A DNA stretch of 64,000 nt from Carcharhinus longimanus. Lineage: Eukaryota. Location: the NCBI GenBank assembly GCA_030264375.1, contig JASCQW010000119.1, forward strand, positions 11,069,896 to 11,133,895, read 5' to 3'. A program made the translations under genes and the position numbers. Positions 39,351 to 51,990 of the stretch are shown piece after piece. Every line of letters begins with the position of its first letter. Position 1 is the first letter of the stretch. Below the pieces are notes generated by a model that saw nothing but the letters and a program-made list of their open reading frames with translations, was not told the DNA's origin and ran no database searches.

Positions 39351-40057
39351 AACATAATTGATATCGGACAACAAATTTTATGAAATTGGGCACACAATAT
39401 GGAAGCAGGCTAAAATTACACTCAGAGCCTCTCCACTAAAAATNNNNNNNNNNNNNNNNNNNNNNNNNNNNNNNNNNNNNNNNNNNNNNNNNNNNNNNNN
39501 NNNNNNNNNNNNNNNNNNNNNNNNNNNNNNNNNNNNNNNNNNNNNNNNNNNNNNNNNNNNNNNNNNNNNNNNNNNNNNNNNNNNNNNNNNNNNNNNNNNN
39601 NNNNNNNNNNNNNNNNNNNNNNNNNNNNNNNNNNNNNNNNNNNNNNNNNNNNNNNNNNNNNNNNNNNNNNNNNNNNNNNNNNNNNNNNNNNNNNNNNNNN
39701 NNNNNNNNNNNNNNNNNNNNNNNNNNNNNNNNNNNNNNNNNNNNNNNNNNNNNNNNNNNNNNNNNNNNNNNNNNNNNNNNTGGATCAGAGAGATTTAAGT
39801 CAAAATGACAATGTGGCTGACAGGAGAATATGTAATTCGCACAGCAAGCTGTAATACTGCAAGTACGCGCTTTCAACTAATCGCGCCACTGAAAGCGTAA
39901 CAGGTTGACGTGGACATTTTTCAAGCGCGATTACCCTAGCCCTGACCTGCGGCATCACTGCAATCACATCTTAGACTGGGAAGAACTGCTTGTGACGACA
40001 TTGATGACATGCTTTTCAAATGAAAGACCTTGGAAACAGCTTGAAATCCTACACTGT

Positions 40058-40890
40058 AGCCGCGCTAGCCTGATGGTAAGATCGCTGAACTATTAATGCA
40101 GTAAACGCACTTAATGTTCTGGACCCGCGATCAAATCCCAGTACAGCAGCCAGTGGAGTTTGAATTCAATAAAGAACATCAGGGATTAACCGTTTGCTGA
40201 TAACATGAAGCCATTGCTGAGTGTTGGGAACCCTCATCTAATTCACTGATAGATTTGGCGGGAGTACAGAAACGTTTTACCAGGATGTTGCATGTTATGA
40301 ATGATATTAACTATGAAGAGAGATTGAATAATCTGGGATTGTTCTCTCTAGAAAGACGAAGGTTGACGGGCGACTTGATAGAAATTTATAAAATTATAGG
40401 AGGCATGGATAAAGTGAACAGTAGCAAGCTTTTTCCCAAGGCAGAAATGACAATTATAAGGGGACTCAAGCTCAATGTAAGGGGGGAAAGGTTCAATATG
40501 AATACGCGGGAGACTTTTTTACCAGAGGGTGCTGGGGGTGTGAAATGCACTGCCAGCTGGCATGCTTGAGGCCGACATGTTAGTGACATGTAACACTTAA
40601 CTGGATAGACAGGCAGGGTACAGAGGGATACAGGCGGTTGGTCTAGAAAGAACAATGTGATCTGTGCAGGCTTGGTGAGCTGACATCCCATGTGCTTCAA
40701 TTGCACATCAATTGCAGTTCTTGTGCTGTAATGTGTTTTTGCTCTTCGTTCTAATGCCCCTTTTGGCAGGAAATCTGCCGTCGTTGCCTGCTTTGGTTCG
40801 CATGTGGCTCCAGATCCACAGCAATGTGGTTAATTCTCAACTAGGGATGGGCAATAAATGCTGACCAGCCAGTAACGCCCACGAGCACCA
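40058..40890 (+). mobile_element. tRNA-headed SINE split by a CR1 3' fragment (~40252-40750)
   Basis: SINE head to ...ctaattcactgat; CR1 insert VQKRFTRML...YEERLNNLGLFSLERRRLTGDLIEIYKI; SINE resumes aatgcccc...ggaaatctgccgtc...gggatgggcaataaatgctg. Related copies near 50430-50740 and 58540-58750. Confidence 0.8.
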
Positions 40891-41609
40891 CGTGTAATCT
40901 TACATGATTGAGCCGTTTAATTGTTTTTAATACAGGTTTGAGACCGTCGTGAAGGCAAAACTACCATCCCCAGCAATTGCGTTTACAGAAATATATTTTG
41001 CCCATTCTACCTGAAATCGGTACATCTATTTCCACGCAGCGGAAGTGCGTGGAAATAACGTTATACTTGTTTCATATTATACTTAATGAGCATTTTCCCA
41101 CCAATAACTTTCGAACAAATTATTATTTCAATTCACCAAAGTGTTTTCCTAATCGTAGTGATTCTCGAATAGAAACGGAAAATGCTGGATGAACTTAACA
41201 CGTTGTTTAGCATCTGTGGAGAGAAACTGAGTTAATCTTTCGCGTGCTTATGATGCTGCAAGGTTGAAGAGTGAGAGAAATGTGATAGATTAGATAATTG
41301 GACGAGGGGTGGACAGAATGGAATGGCGCTGATTGGTCTGAGCTCAGAAGAGGTTGGCAAAGATGCCATGGGTCTTTAAGGTGCCATTGAGGACTGAAGA
41401 GCGTTAATAGTGGCAGAAATGGGGGAAAGTGTAAACATAAGAACAAAGCTCAGTGCTAGCATTGCTATTCGGGCAATAAAACCTTCCAAATTTAAAACTG
41501 TAAAATTCCATGTTAAGCACTTGCTTCTCACCGGGATGACTCATTCGAGGACATTGGATTATATAGAAATTGCTGCTCGCTGCTTGGAATTGTCTTTTAA
41601 TATGAGTCA

Positions 41610-41915
41610 AAGATGGTACCTTAGGTGGTTGACCATGGTAAAATTGTCCCTTAGTGTCTAAAGATGTGTAGATTAGGGGGATTTTTCATGATAAATTGTC
41701 CCTTAGATGTGCAGATTAGGTGAACTGGCCGTGCGAAATTGCTCAGTAGTGCCCAAAGACATGTATTTTGGATGGATTAGCCATGGGAGATATGTAAGGT
41801 TACGGGATAGGGCGGGGGGAGAAGATAAGATATTATGTCAGAGAGTCGTTGCAAACACGACGGGCCGAATGACCTCTTCAGCACTGTAAGTTGTGCACAC
41901 TGTATGATTCTATGA
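41610..41915 (+). mobile_element. HE1-like SINE 3' part with internal tandem duplication
   Basis: Repeated aaattgtcccttag...agatgtg units; tail tatgattctatga. Confidence 0.75.
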
Positions 41916-42564
41916 CCGGTGAAACTGATGTGGTAACAGTTGACCGAGTGTCAGGGATCTGAACCAACATCTACTCGCCTTTTAAGAAAACAACTACGTC
42001 GTTACGTCAGTAACGAAAAACGTTAACAACCTTTGTGACTATTTGATTAGTCACTTCCTTATTTCGCCTTTGTGAGCAAAAGCGAAATATTGTAGATGAC
42101 GGAATGCAAGATCAGGCAGAATGTGCTAGAAATAATGAGTAGGCCAGGCTACAGCTCGAAGAAAGAAACAACGTCAGTGTATCAAAATCGATGTTTCAAA
42201 TCGATTACATTTCGTGATGCTTCACGCAATAACTTGAAGTATTGTTAAAACTCTTTTTTCTCTATGCAAGCTGCGCCTCCTTCTGAGTTTGGTTAACTTT
42301 CTCCTATTCCGTTTCGAATGCCGAGCATATGCAATGTTTTGTATTCATTTATTCTGGTACTCTTTCTGCTTCATTCATTTGAAGATTTCAAACTTGCGGT
42401 TTGTTCTTAAAACTATGACTCTTAACTTTGGATTATGTTAACAACAGGCGAATTGCATGGATATCGGCGTCGTTTGTACGGCCAACATTTATTGCTGATA
42501 CGCTGTTTGTAGGTTTGGATGTCAATTTTATATCAGGGTATGATTATTATTTACAAGTTAAATC

Positions 42565-43200
42565 TTGGCATTTATTGTTAATGAAATAGAGTATACAATT
42601 AATATAAATGTTGTAAGTGTTGCTGTGCCTGTGCAAAATATCAGTGAGGCAGTACTTAAAATATTGTGCATAACCTTAGTCCTCTTATTTCAAGAGGGAT
42701 GTCGTTGCATTGGAGACGGTGAGAGGAGGCTATCTAGATTGATTCCAGAGATGAGGGATGAGTTTTACAAAGAGAGATTAGGCAACTTATTTCATCACTC
42801 TATGAAGTTTAGGAGATCTAATTCAGATGTACAAGATGATAAGGTGGATGGAGGAAGCAGTCATGGAGAGGGAATTCCTCTTGTGGAGAAACCTAGAACT
42901 CGAGGTCATAGCTTTGGGGTCAGGGGGTGATAATTTAAAACAGAAATCAGGAGAAATTATTTCTCAGAAAGGAGCGTGGGCCTGTGGAATTCACTAACTC
43001 AGAGCGTGGTAGATGCCGGGGCATTGAGTTAAGTTATGGAAGAGGTGGATTAATTTTTGATAAGTTAAGATTCGAAGGGCTGTGGTATACCGGCAGGAAA
43101 GTGAAGTAGAGATGATATCAGTTCTATTTGTATTAAATCGCGGAGTACGATCGGGGCGCTAAATTTCTTAATCCTGCTCCTAACTCTTACGAGTTCTTGT
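42565..43200 (+). mobile_element. CR1 3' portion, decayed
   Basis: RRLSRLIPEMRDEFYKERL...PLVEKPRTRGHSF. Confidence 0.85.
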
Positions 43201-43220
43201 GGGATTCTTGCAGTGCAGTA

Positions 43221-43331
43221 CATAAGAACATAAGAACATAAGAAATAGGAGCAAGAGTAGGCCATCTGGCCCCTCGAGCCTGCCCCGCCATTCAATAAGA
43301 TCATGGCTGATCTGTCGTGGCTCAGTTCCAC
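43221..43331 (-). mobile_element. Young CR1 3' tail running into an N gap
   Basis: cataagaacataagaacataagaaataggagcaagagtaggccatc; same tail at 30790, 49205-49280, 55087-55161 and 63533-63606. Confidence 0.9.
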
Positions 43332-43691
43332 NNNNNNNNNNNNNNNNNNNNNNNNNNNNNNNNNNNNNNNNNNNNNNNNNNNNNNNNNNNNNNNNNNNNN
43401 NNNNNNNNNNNNNNNNNNNNNNNNNNNNNNNGGAGCGTTTATTAAAAGGTATTGCTCCAAAGGTCGCTATTTTGTTTCCGAAAAATGCACACCATAAACC
43501 ACATGACCAGTTATGCATAATGCTTGCTCGCTGAACACGTGTTTTATTTCCTGACTTCTCCCATTGGATTTTTTTTTCCGCATGCCACTTCTAAACCTAG
43601 TTGCGGCAGATCATCCCAGGAATAAAATTTTCTCTCTAGACTGATGCACCGAAAATTCAGGAGAACTGCAGTTGCAATAACGAGAAAAGGC

Positions 43692-43939
43692 CGCTTCTCG
43701 GTTTCTGGCTAAGATCAACTAATCAGTAATCTGTAAACTGTCTGTGCCGTTATATGCTTTGCCTGAGGCCAGAACTCTTCATTCACCTGACGAACAGGGA
43801 AACCTCGAAAGCTGTGAGTTTACTATCAAATAAATCGGTTGGACTTAAACCTGGTGTTGTCAGACTTCTTACTGTATTTACCCGAGTCCAACGCCGGCAT
43901 CTGCGCATTAAGATCAAGTGTAGCATCGGTTCTAATCAG
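43692..43939 (+). pseudogene. RNU2: Truncated U2 snRNA pseudogene (about nt 3-52) interrupted by an insertion
   Basis: CGCTTCTCGGTTTCTGGCTAAGATCAA [insert] TAAGATCAAGTGTAGCATCGGTTCTAATCAG versus U2 ATCGCTTCTCGGCCTTTTGGCTAAGATCAAGTGTAGTATCTGTTCTTATCAG. Confidence 0.85.
43719..43908 (+). mobile_element. Penelope-like terminal fragment with minimal hammerhead motif
   Basis: attcacCTGACGAacagggaaacctcGAAAgctgtgagt, then aataaa...ttggacttaaacctggtgttgt...gagtccaacgccggcatct; flanked by a TAAGATCAA duplication. Confidence 0.8.
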
Positions 43940-44014
43940 AGATGCAGCGCAACTTAATAATGGTGAGTGACTACTCAGATTCATACATTAACTGCCACAA
44001 TCTGCTTCTTTCAG

Positions 44015-44050
44015 AGATGCTTAAACAGAAAACGAATTTGAGTGAGGCAG
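44015..44050 (+). CDS. Microexon 10 (36 nt); EMLKQKTNLSEA
   Basis: tctgcttctttcag|AGATGCTTAAACAGAAAACGAATTTGAGTGAGGCAG|gtaaga. Confidence 0.88.
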
Positions 44051-45322
44051 GTAAGAAGAACGGATTCTGCTACCCGCCTTTACTGGAAACGATAATTTCT
44101 GCTGTCGCTTGTGTCTGCGTTAAAGAAGTCTTCATGATCAGTGGAATGTGCTCAGACAGCTCTGCTCTATAAAAGAAGCCCACTTGAATGCAGTCGGCCT
44201 TCCCCAANNNNNNNNNNNNNNNNNNNNNNNNNNNNNNNNNNNNNNNNNNNNNNNNNNNNNNNNNNNNNNNNNNNNNNNNNNNNNNNNNNNNNNNNNNNNN
44301 NNNNNNNCTGGCACAAGGCTTCAGATATTAGTGAGTCTCCCCTCATTCTTCTGAATTTCAATGAATATAGCCCAGTCTACTCAGTCTCTCCTCATAAGCC
44401 AACCCCCTCATCTCATTGATAAATGCACGACAGTAGATTCGTGAAAAGGGCTGCATATTTCTAAAATCCTCTTCGCCAACTATGTGTTGTCTGCGCAACC
44501 TTTTCCACATTCCTTTTTCGGATTAGCCGTAATGTTCTCCAATACATCGTCGGCAAAACGGCACAATTAAGAGCAACAAACAAGTTGTGTATTCATGGCC
44601 AGGGATGAAAATTACAGGGAATTCGTCCGCTACCAAAAATGCATTCGCTCTATGTCCGTGTATGATACTAACTAAACAGTGATTGCGAACAAAACACATC
44701 AATGCCCTCACGAATCAAGCCATCAGCATGTATTGATTGTTTTTTTCATCATATTGCCAGCCACATTGCACATGGATGGATGTGTTATGTCATCTTCGTG
44801 GCGAGGACAGTTTTAATGTTGCCTAGAAACGGGGTAGACAAATAATCCTTCATAACAGGTTGTACCATTCAATGAGGCCCAGGCAGATCTTTGGCCTAAA
44901 GTGATGTCCTCAGCAGCGCAGTATATCCCTGCAATACGTTTAATTCGTACAGGAGAAACAGAACAGCTGACTACTTTCAGTGACGCTTTCGCGCATATTG
45001 ATTAAAAGTGCTGTTAATATTGTATACTGAGTGATATGTTTGTATATATGTTAATGTTCGGTATAATGATAATGTTATGATCTCACTAATCTTACTAGCA
45101 AACAAAGTGCAGTTGCTCTAATAGTAGTACCACATTAACGGGCACCGTCAAAATGTGTTTTCATCATTACCAATGTTAGTTTCTTTAGTGTATTAAAGAC
45201 CTTCGTACCATTGTATATAATAGTGTTGGCCGTGATATTGCTTAAAGTTTATTGTGTACTATTCTATCAGAGGCAGCGTAAAAGTGCGTCATTATATTGT
45301 TGAAAACTGTTGCTATCTTTAG

Positions 45323-45349
45323 AAGAACAGCTGCAAATCAAAACAAAGG
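45323..45349 (+). CDS. Microexon 11 (27 nt); EEQLQIKTK
   Basis: ttgctatctttag|AAGAACAGCTGCAAATCAAAACAAAGG|gtaagg. Confidence 0.87.
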
Positions 45350-45599
45350 GTAAGGCTGTGGTCAAGATCATTTTAAGGAATTAATTATAATGTGGTTTAC
45401 TCGCTGTATCTCACTAGCCTACAGCTGATTTCTCCTCCATTGCCTTGTATCTTCCAATAATCTACTTTTCGAATTGCTGTCATTAATAGGCAGTGGCATT
45501 TTCATGGACAACCCCCCGCCTGCATGATTTCGATGTCATTTTATCTCAATATCGAGATGGAAGGAATGTGAGAAGGTCATTCATGTGATTGCGAAAAAA

Positions 45600-46570
45600 G
45601 ATTAAAAGGAAGAATGAGGCAGGATAAAACTCGGCTCTGCCACAGTTACTCCAAATCTATGTTCCCTTGATTTCGGTCCGTCCACCAGATGTGGCAACTG
45701 ATAACGAGGCATTCACGAGGCACTGTGGGTAATCAGCAGCAGCGGAGTCCATAATCCCACGGCTTGGCATATCACCGATTCTATCATTAACTCAAAGCCA
45801 AGTGACAACATGGCTCAATGAAAATTGCCTGTCGCAATGCCAGGAGCAACATCAGGCATATCAGAAACTTAGTGCCAACCTGTGAAGGTACAAGATAAGG
45901 CTTTGTACGTGCCCAACACCAGAAGCAGTACTAGATAGGCAAATTTGATTACCAACCGATCTAACTTAAGTTCTTCAGTCCTGGAACATCGAGCTCAGAA
46001 TGGCAATGGACATTGAAATTAGAATGCTAGAGTTTGATCCACAAGTCTCCACACCTCCAATAATGGCGGAGATTCAATTACATTTAGTTACAAAAAATAA
46101 GGCTGAGGCTATTGCTAAAATTTTCAATCAGACGTACGCAGTAGATGGCCAATTTCTGCCTCCTCCAGAAATAGCAATCTTCAGCCAGTTTGGTTCACCT
46201 ACTCGATATCAAGAAATAGCTCAGCACACTGAATGCCGCCAATGCAATGGACCATGACAGCATTCTAGCAACAATGCTAAAATTTGAAATTCAGAACTGG
46301 CCAAGCCCATTGCCAAGCTTGTCTGATCAATGCATGATACAACATCTATTTGGCAATGTGGAAAGATATGTTCCCGACACAAAAATTAGGAAAAGTACAT
46401 GCAGTTCCATTTGATACCCCATCTGTCTACTCGATGCCACCAGCATAGTGATGGAAGGTCTCAGCAACAGTGTCATCAGGTGACAATTGCTAAACAATAA
46501 CCTGTTAACTGACGTTCAGTTAACGTTCTATAGAAATCACTAATTTCTTGAATTCATTAAAAGCCTTCCG
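45600..46570 (+). mobile_element. Old CR1/L2-type LINE ORF2 fragment
   Basis: KNKAEAIAKIFNQTYAVDGQFLPPP linker followed by degenerate RT-start motifs. Confidence 0.65.
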
Positions 46571-46730
46571 ACAGCCATTAAGTCATGAGTGTTTGTTAAA
46601 GTTAAGTTGAGTTTCCCATTTCAATTTGTTGAGCAACAATGTATTTTTTTTCCTTTATACACTAATGTGAGTCTTTGTCCCCAGTTGCAATTTGCATGGC
46701 AACCCTGTTCCGTTTGGGACTTGCGTGTCG

Positions 46731-47030
46731 ACCCTAGGAGGCAAAATGCCTCAAAGTGGACATCCTGGATGAAGAAATTCTGGATGGTGAAACATTGGAT
46801 GGGAACACTCTGGAAGGCGTAAGCATGAAATGTATAACCCTGGAAGGCATAACGCCGGAAGGCCTAACATCAGAAGGCATTACCCAGGAAGGCATAACCT
46901 TTGATGGCATAACCCCCAAGGCCTTCACCCCAGAAGGTTTAGTCCCAGTAGGTGAAACACCAGGAGACAAATCCCAAGAAGGCAAAATTCTGGAAAGCAA
47001 AATCCTAGACAGTGAAACCCCAAAAGGTGA
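46731..47030 (+). repeat. Diverged 15-bp tandem repeat (~20 units, consensus ACCCYRGAAGGCAWA) reading as pentapeptide xT[LP][DE]G
   Basis: ILDEE-ILDGE-TLDGN-TLEGV...TLEGI-TPEGL-TSEGI-TQEGI-TFDGI-TPKAF-TPEGL. Confidence 0.85.
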
Positions 47031-48419
47031 CAGATAACTCATAATGGGCTCAATTTACTTTGGGATTTTTTTTTGCTGCCGTAGTGAGGAAGGTAGATTT
47101 CTGTTGGCATTCTCTGGTGTTTATGTCAGCTTGTTGTTTCAATAATTTATCGTCGTAAATTTATAAAGCAGTTGGCTTGCAGTGCATTTCGATAAATTGT
47201 GCAAATAAAAACAAAGTTGGGACTCGTATGAGAGAGATAACAACAAGATAATAATTTTGAATCATTACAAGTGGATGACCTAAATATGCTCGTAATTTGG
47301 CGTCCTGGATCCTTGCTTTCATTGCACACACATAGCCTTGTCGAGTGCGATTTCCATAATTTCGATCTGAAAACTCTGAAAGGATGGTGATATCTTCAAG
47401 TCGAAACGCTGTGTGATTTGCAAGGCATATTGCAGTACTGGGGTTACCATGCGCCGGCTAACATTGCTCCCAATTGCGATATTGTTGTCCCGATTGCAAG
47501 GAACTATCGACAAACACTTGGTGGGTTGATGCAGATCGTAGACAATGGAGTAACGACGAGTATGTTAAATGGGAGGATGCGGTCTAATTTAAACAATATG
47601 CTTTAGGCACTGGATCCTGTCTAACTCCCTTAATGTTATCGGAGCATTTGTATTCAAGCCAGAGAGGCGCTTCCATCAGAAGTGCATCCTGTGCTTCGTT
47701 GTTGTTGGACAGAGATTAAATTATTGCCAGCTGAATTACTTAACATGGGATTGTGAGCGGGTTTTGTTGCCGCTGTTCTTTATGAGGTTGTTTCTTTTAT
47801 TCCAGTTTTTTTTTGATGTGCTCGTCGCTAGCCAAGCATTTAATGGTATTCTGAAATGCCATTTTGCATCGGTTCAAAGTTCAAGACACTTGAATTGCAA
47901 GATGTCGAGACCTTTGCGATATACAACTTCAGAGAATTGCACATCTCAACTTGGCACTGCAGCGATAGCTATCTGCTTCATGAGTCTCACAACTTCTTAC
48001 TCATCAATGTTCGGCAATCTATCGCTCTTGATGCCTTGGAATAAAACGTAATTTATGGTTGTTTCTTTTATCACGCTATCCCTACGTCAGGTGATGTGGC
48101 TCGTTTAATACATTTTGCTTGGTAACATTCGTATGAAGCCATTTGTAATCTTTCACTACAGTATATAAGCTATTTGAATGTGATTTCCTCATTTTGGATT
48201 ATGCGCTGCGTGTGACCCACGCAGTGCTATATACCAGACATACTGTATCCACATTGAAGTTTTCGGTCGTAGGTCCATCGTGCCAACAATATTATTCAGT
48301 TTTATGTATATATAACCACCACGAAAACACCTCGCATCTCCCCAAACGTGTAGCTAACCAAGGAATCACCGAAAATGATTTCACTGACGCTTTCTTTCTT
48401 TTCTTCCCCCTTTTGTTAG

Positions 48420-48455
48420 GAATGGAAAATTTGAAAATTTCTCTGGGAGAAGCAG
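48420..48455 (+). CDS. Microexon 12 (36 nt); GMENLKISLGEA
   Basis: ctttctttcttttcttcccccttttgttag|GAATGGAAAATTTGAAAATTTCTCTGGGAGAAGCAG|gtaatt. Confidence 0.9.
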
Positions 48456-48904
48456 GTAATTGGAGACGTTTGTTCCAATGTTGCATTGTAAGCCTTACTA
48501 GTGGCGTTCGAAGTGTGTTCCGTTCGTCCAACTACTTTTCAGGAATTGTGTTAAATTTACACTTTGTTTTTAAACCATATCGACAACAAAATAAGGAGTA
48601 CATTCCAATAATTGACTCATTTCCTCTTAATTTGGGCTGTTAATACTTCAGCTAATTCAACATTATCCAAAGTATTCGTAACCCCATTTTTCTCTCTAAC
48701 CACCGATCTGAAACATTATTTAATGTCACCATGAGTTTCAACCACTATCTGATTCTTGATCCTCGTGTGTACATTTGAACAACGATGTTTCTTTTTAAGA
48801 GCAGAAAATATTAAACGGAAACATCAAACGTGTTCAATACTATGAATTGTTGTTGAGATTATGAGTTTCATTCGAGATTCTGAGGCTTTATGAAATAAGT
48901 AATT

Positions 48905-49104
48905 ATAGAACCCTACAGAGCAGAAAGAGGGTCTTCGGCCCATCGAGTCTGCACCGATCACAATCCCACCCAGGCCCTACCCCCACATCCCTACATATTT
49001 TACCCGCTAATCCCTCTAACCTAAGCATCTCACTAAGGGGCAATGTTAGCATGGCCAATCAGCATAACAGGCAATTTTAGCACATCTAACCCGCACATCT
49101 TTGG
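48905..49104 (-). mobile_element. HE1-like SINE 3' part running into an N gap
   Basis: atagaaccctacagagcagaaagagg...cggcccatcgagtctgcacc. Confidence 0.88.
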
Positions 49105-49294
49105 NNNNNNNNNNNNNNNNNNNNNNNNNNNNNNNNNNNNNNNNNNNNNNNNNNNNNNNNNNNNNNNNNNNNNNNNNNNNNNNNNNNNNNNNNNNNNNNN
49201 NNNNCATGATCTTATTGAATGGCGGGGCAGGCTTGAGGGGCTAGATGGCCTACTCCTGCTCCTATTTCTTATGTTCTTAGGAACACAAGTCCTT

Positions 49295-49375
49295 ACTCAC
49301 CTGAAGAAGGTGTGACACTCGAAAGTTTGTGCTACCAAATAAACCTTTAACCTGGTGCTGTGAGACTTCTTACTG
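49295..49375 (+). mobile_element. Penelope-like end with minimal hammerhead motif
   Basis: cacCTGAAGAaggtgtgacactcGAAAgtttgtg...aataaacc...aacctggtgctgtgagacttcttact. Confidence 0.75.
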
Positions 49376-49379
49376 GGGA

Positions 49380-49660
49380 ATAGAATGCAGTTTCAGCATG
49401 AGGGATTGACTATTTTAGGACTGAGATGAGGAAAAATATCTTCATTCAGGAGGTCACAAATCTTTGGAATTCTTTGCCCCAGAAAGCTCTAAATGTTCAA
49501 CAATTGAGTATATTCAAGACAGAGATCGATAAATTCTGGGATATTGAGGGTTATGGGGATAGTGTGGAATGTGGAGTGGATGTGAAAAAATAACAAAGTG
49601 CTTGTTGAATGGCAGAGCAGACTGAAAGTCCAGATCATATCCCTGTGTCTATGTTCTTAA
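49380..49660 (+). mobile_element. CR1 3' fragment
   Basis: tttaggactgagatgaggaaaaatatcttcattcagg...ctatgttctt. Confidence 0.75.
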
Positions 49661-50072
49661 GTTTCATAGTTGGTTGAACAGTGAGGAATTGGCACTTGGG
49701 GATCAAGTGAGTAGTCATCCCTTTAGATGCACAGATAGGGGTCAATTTTTCAATGAATTCTCAGGGAACTGCAATTAACTGACATTTCTGCAGTGTAGAC
49801 AGTGAAGGATTCAAGAGAGACTCTTCTCATGAGGAATTGGAATTGATCTTTGTGCAATGAACATCCTCTGATTTTGTATCATTGCAAGTAGCCAGTACAG
49901 TATTAGGGTCTGAATATTCTCCTTTGTGTACTGGGTAACAATTAGCTGCTGAGTCTCAGCTGATAAAATCTTGGACCTGGATAAAAGATCCAGAATCATC
50001 TAATTTTTCTGAATCAAGTTTGCAGCATCAAGCATTTGAGAGGTTCTTTGGAAAATTGATATTTTGGAATTT

Positions 50073-50407
50073 TCATAGAACCCTACAATGCAGAAAGAGG
50101 CCCTTCGGCCCATCGAGTCAGCACTGACCACAACCCCACCCAGGCCCTATCCCCCACATCCCTACACACTTTACCCACTAATCCCTCTAACTTACACATC
50201 CCAGGACACTAAGGGACAATTTTAGCATGGCCGATCAACCTAACCCGCAAGCCTTTGGACTGTGGGAGGAAACCGGAGTACTGGAGGAAACCCACGCAGA
50301 CACGAGGAGAATATGCAAACTCCACACAGACGGTGACCCGAGCCAGGAATTGAACCCAGGTCCCTGGAGCTGTAAAGCAGCAGTGCTAATCACCGTGTTA
50401 CCGTGCC
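50073..50407 (-). mobile_element. HE1-like V-SINE, full length
   Basis: catagaaccctacaatgcagaaagagg tail, V-domain and tRNA head. Confidence 0.93.
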
Positions 50408-51099
50408 GTACAAGAGTGATAATGCACTGTTGCCAGGGACTCAAATCCCTGACACCAGTGCCACCTAGTGGAATTGAAACTCAATTCATAAAGATTAGAT
50501 TTCAAACCTAGTCTCAGTAATGCAGACCCTGAAACTCTCATCGATGGTCGTTAAATAAAATCTTTTTGTTCACAATGTCTTTTATGGAAGGAAATTTCTC
50601 GTCCATATCTGGTATGGCCTACTTGCGAATGTAGAGAAAGAATAACGTGGTTGACTCGCCACTGTCTCAGAAATGACACAAAAATCGCGTCATTCAACGG
50701 CCACCTGGGATGGAAAACTCCCTTCACATTGGGACGAAACGTTTCTTTTGCAAAAAAGCTGGTAATACAGTCAACATATTTCGGAATGAAGCAAAGACCT
50801 TTTTAAGAAACCGAAATATGTTCTATCTTATTCTTTCAAGTTATGTTATTAGTAAGCCTCATTATGTTTTATGTTCCTTAGCAGCAAACGCTTAGCAGGG
50901 TCTGGTTCTTGTAAAGGTGTTGAAAGAATTTTCAGCATTGGTTTTCAGCATTACTTTGGGTACGTGCTCAGAAGATAAACAAGTAGAAGGGAATACCGAA
51001 ATGGTTCAAGGGATATGTAGTCTGGTTCGAACAATCGCTAGAGTATAATTTATTTCGAAGAAAAAGAAACAGGTCGTATTCTACCAACGTTATACATGC

Positions 51100-51935
51100 T
51101 ACTTAGCTGTGTGGAAGGGTCAACTGTTTGAAGGGCACAGAGAGTCTGAACAGACATATAACTAAGCGGGCGTCAGGATGACAGATGGAGTACAATATGG
51201 AGAAGTACACATGGAAAACAGATATTATCAAAGGTGCGAAACTTGTAATTTCTGGTGTTCAAAAAGACTTTAGAGTACAACGAATGCTGAACGTAAGAGC
51301 ATCAATCAATCCAGAATTCATAGAATGTGCTGGCTTCCACTGCAAGGGTTTGGGGTACAACAAAAAAGAAGGCATGCGACAATTGTTCAGGGGAGTCTAC
51401 TGGTGCAGCTCTAGATTCCACATATAAGAAAGATATAGTTGCACTGGTGACTGCAAATGGAAGTTCAGTAAATTGTACTCCAAGCACGGAAGTGCTGTCC
51501 TATGCTAAGAGGTTGAGTAAATTTATCATTTATTCTCTGGAGTTTGGAAGAATGTAAGGCTATTGTAAACTATAAAATTGTCAAAGAAGTTGATACGGAG
51601 GAGGGTGAGAGATCGTTTCCGCGAGTAGGGCAACTTAAAAGACAGGGAGAAATCTCAGGAAAACGGGATAGCCATATTATTCAGAGATGAGATAGAAATT
51701 AATGCATTCAAATTGCAGTGAATCTTCGGAATTTATTAACCCAAAGTGTTGCGGATGCTCCATGGTTGGGGTATTTTAACGCTGGGATAGAGGTTTGTTT
51801 TTAGTATTCTTGGAATTGAGGAATATAGGGAGCAGGTTGTAAAATGTGGTTGGTGCCCAACGTTAGCCATGAGCATGTTGAATAACTGAGCAACATCGAC
51901 GGGGGCATGCTCCGGTTTCTTGTGTTCTTATGTGT
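51100..51935 (+). mobile_element. Old CR1 3' portion
   Basis: cagatggagtacaatatggagaag (QMEYNMEK), LSYAKRLSKFIIYSLEFGRM; tail tgtgttcttatgtg. Confidence 0.8.
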
Positions 51936-51990
51936 TTTAATTGTTCAATTGAACAAATGAATTAATTCTTATTATTCCTGTTTCTTTTAG

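Noticed and set aside
40058-40145. tRNA-like sequence
   Set aside because: It is a degenerate SINE head, with no intact cloverleaf.
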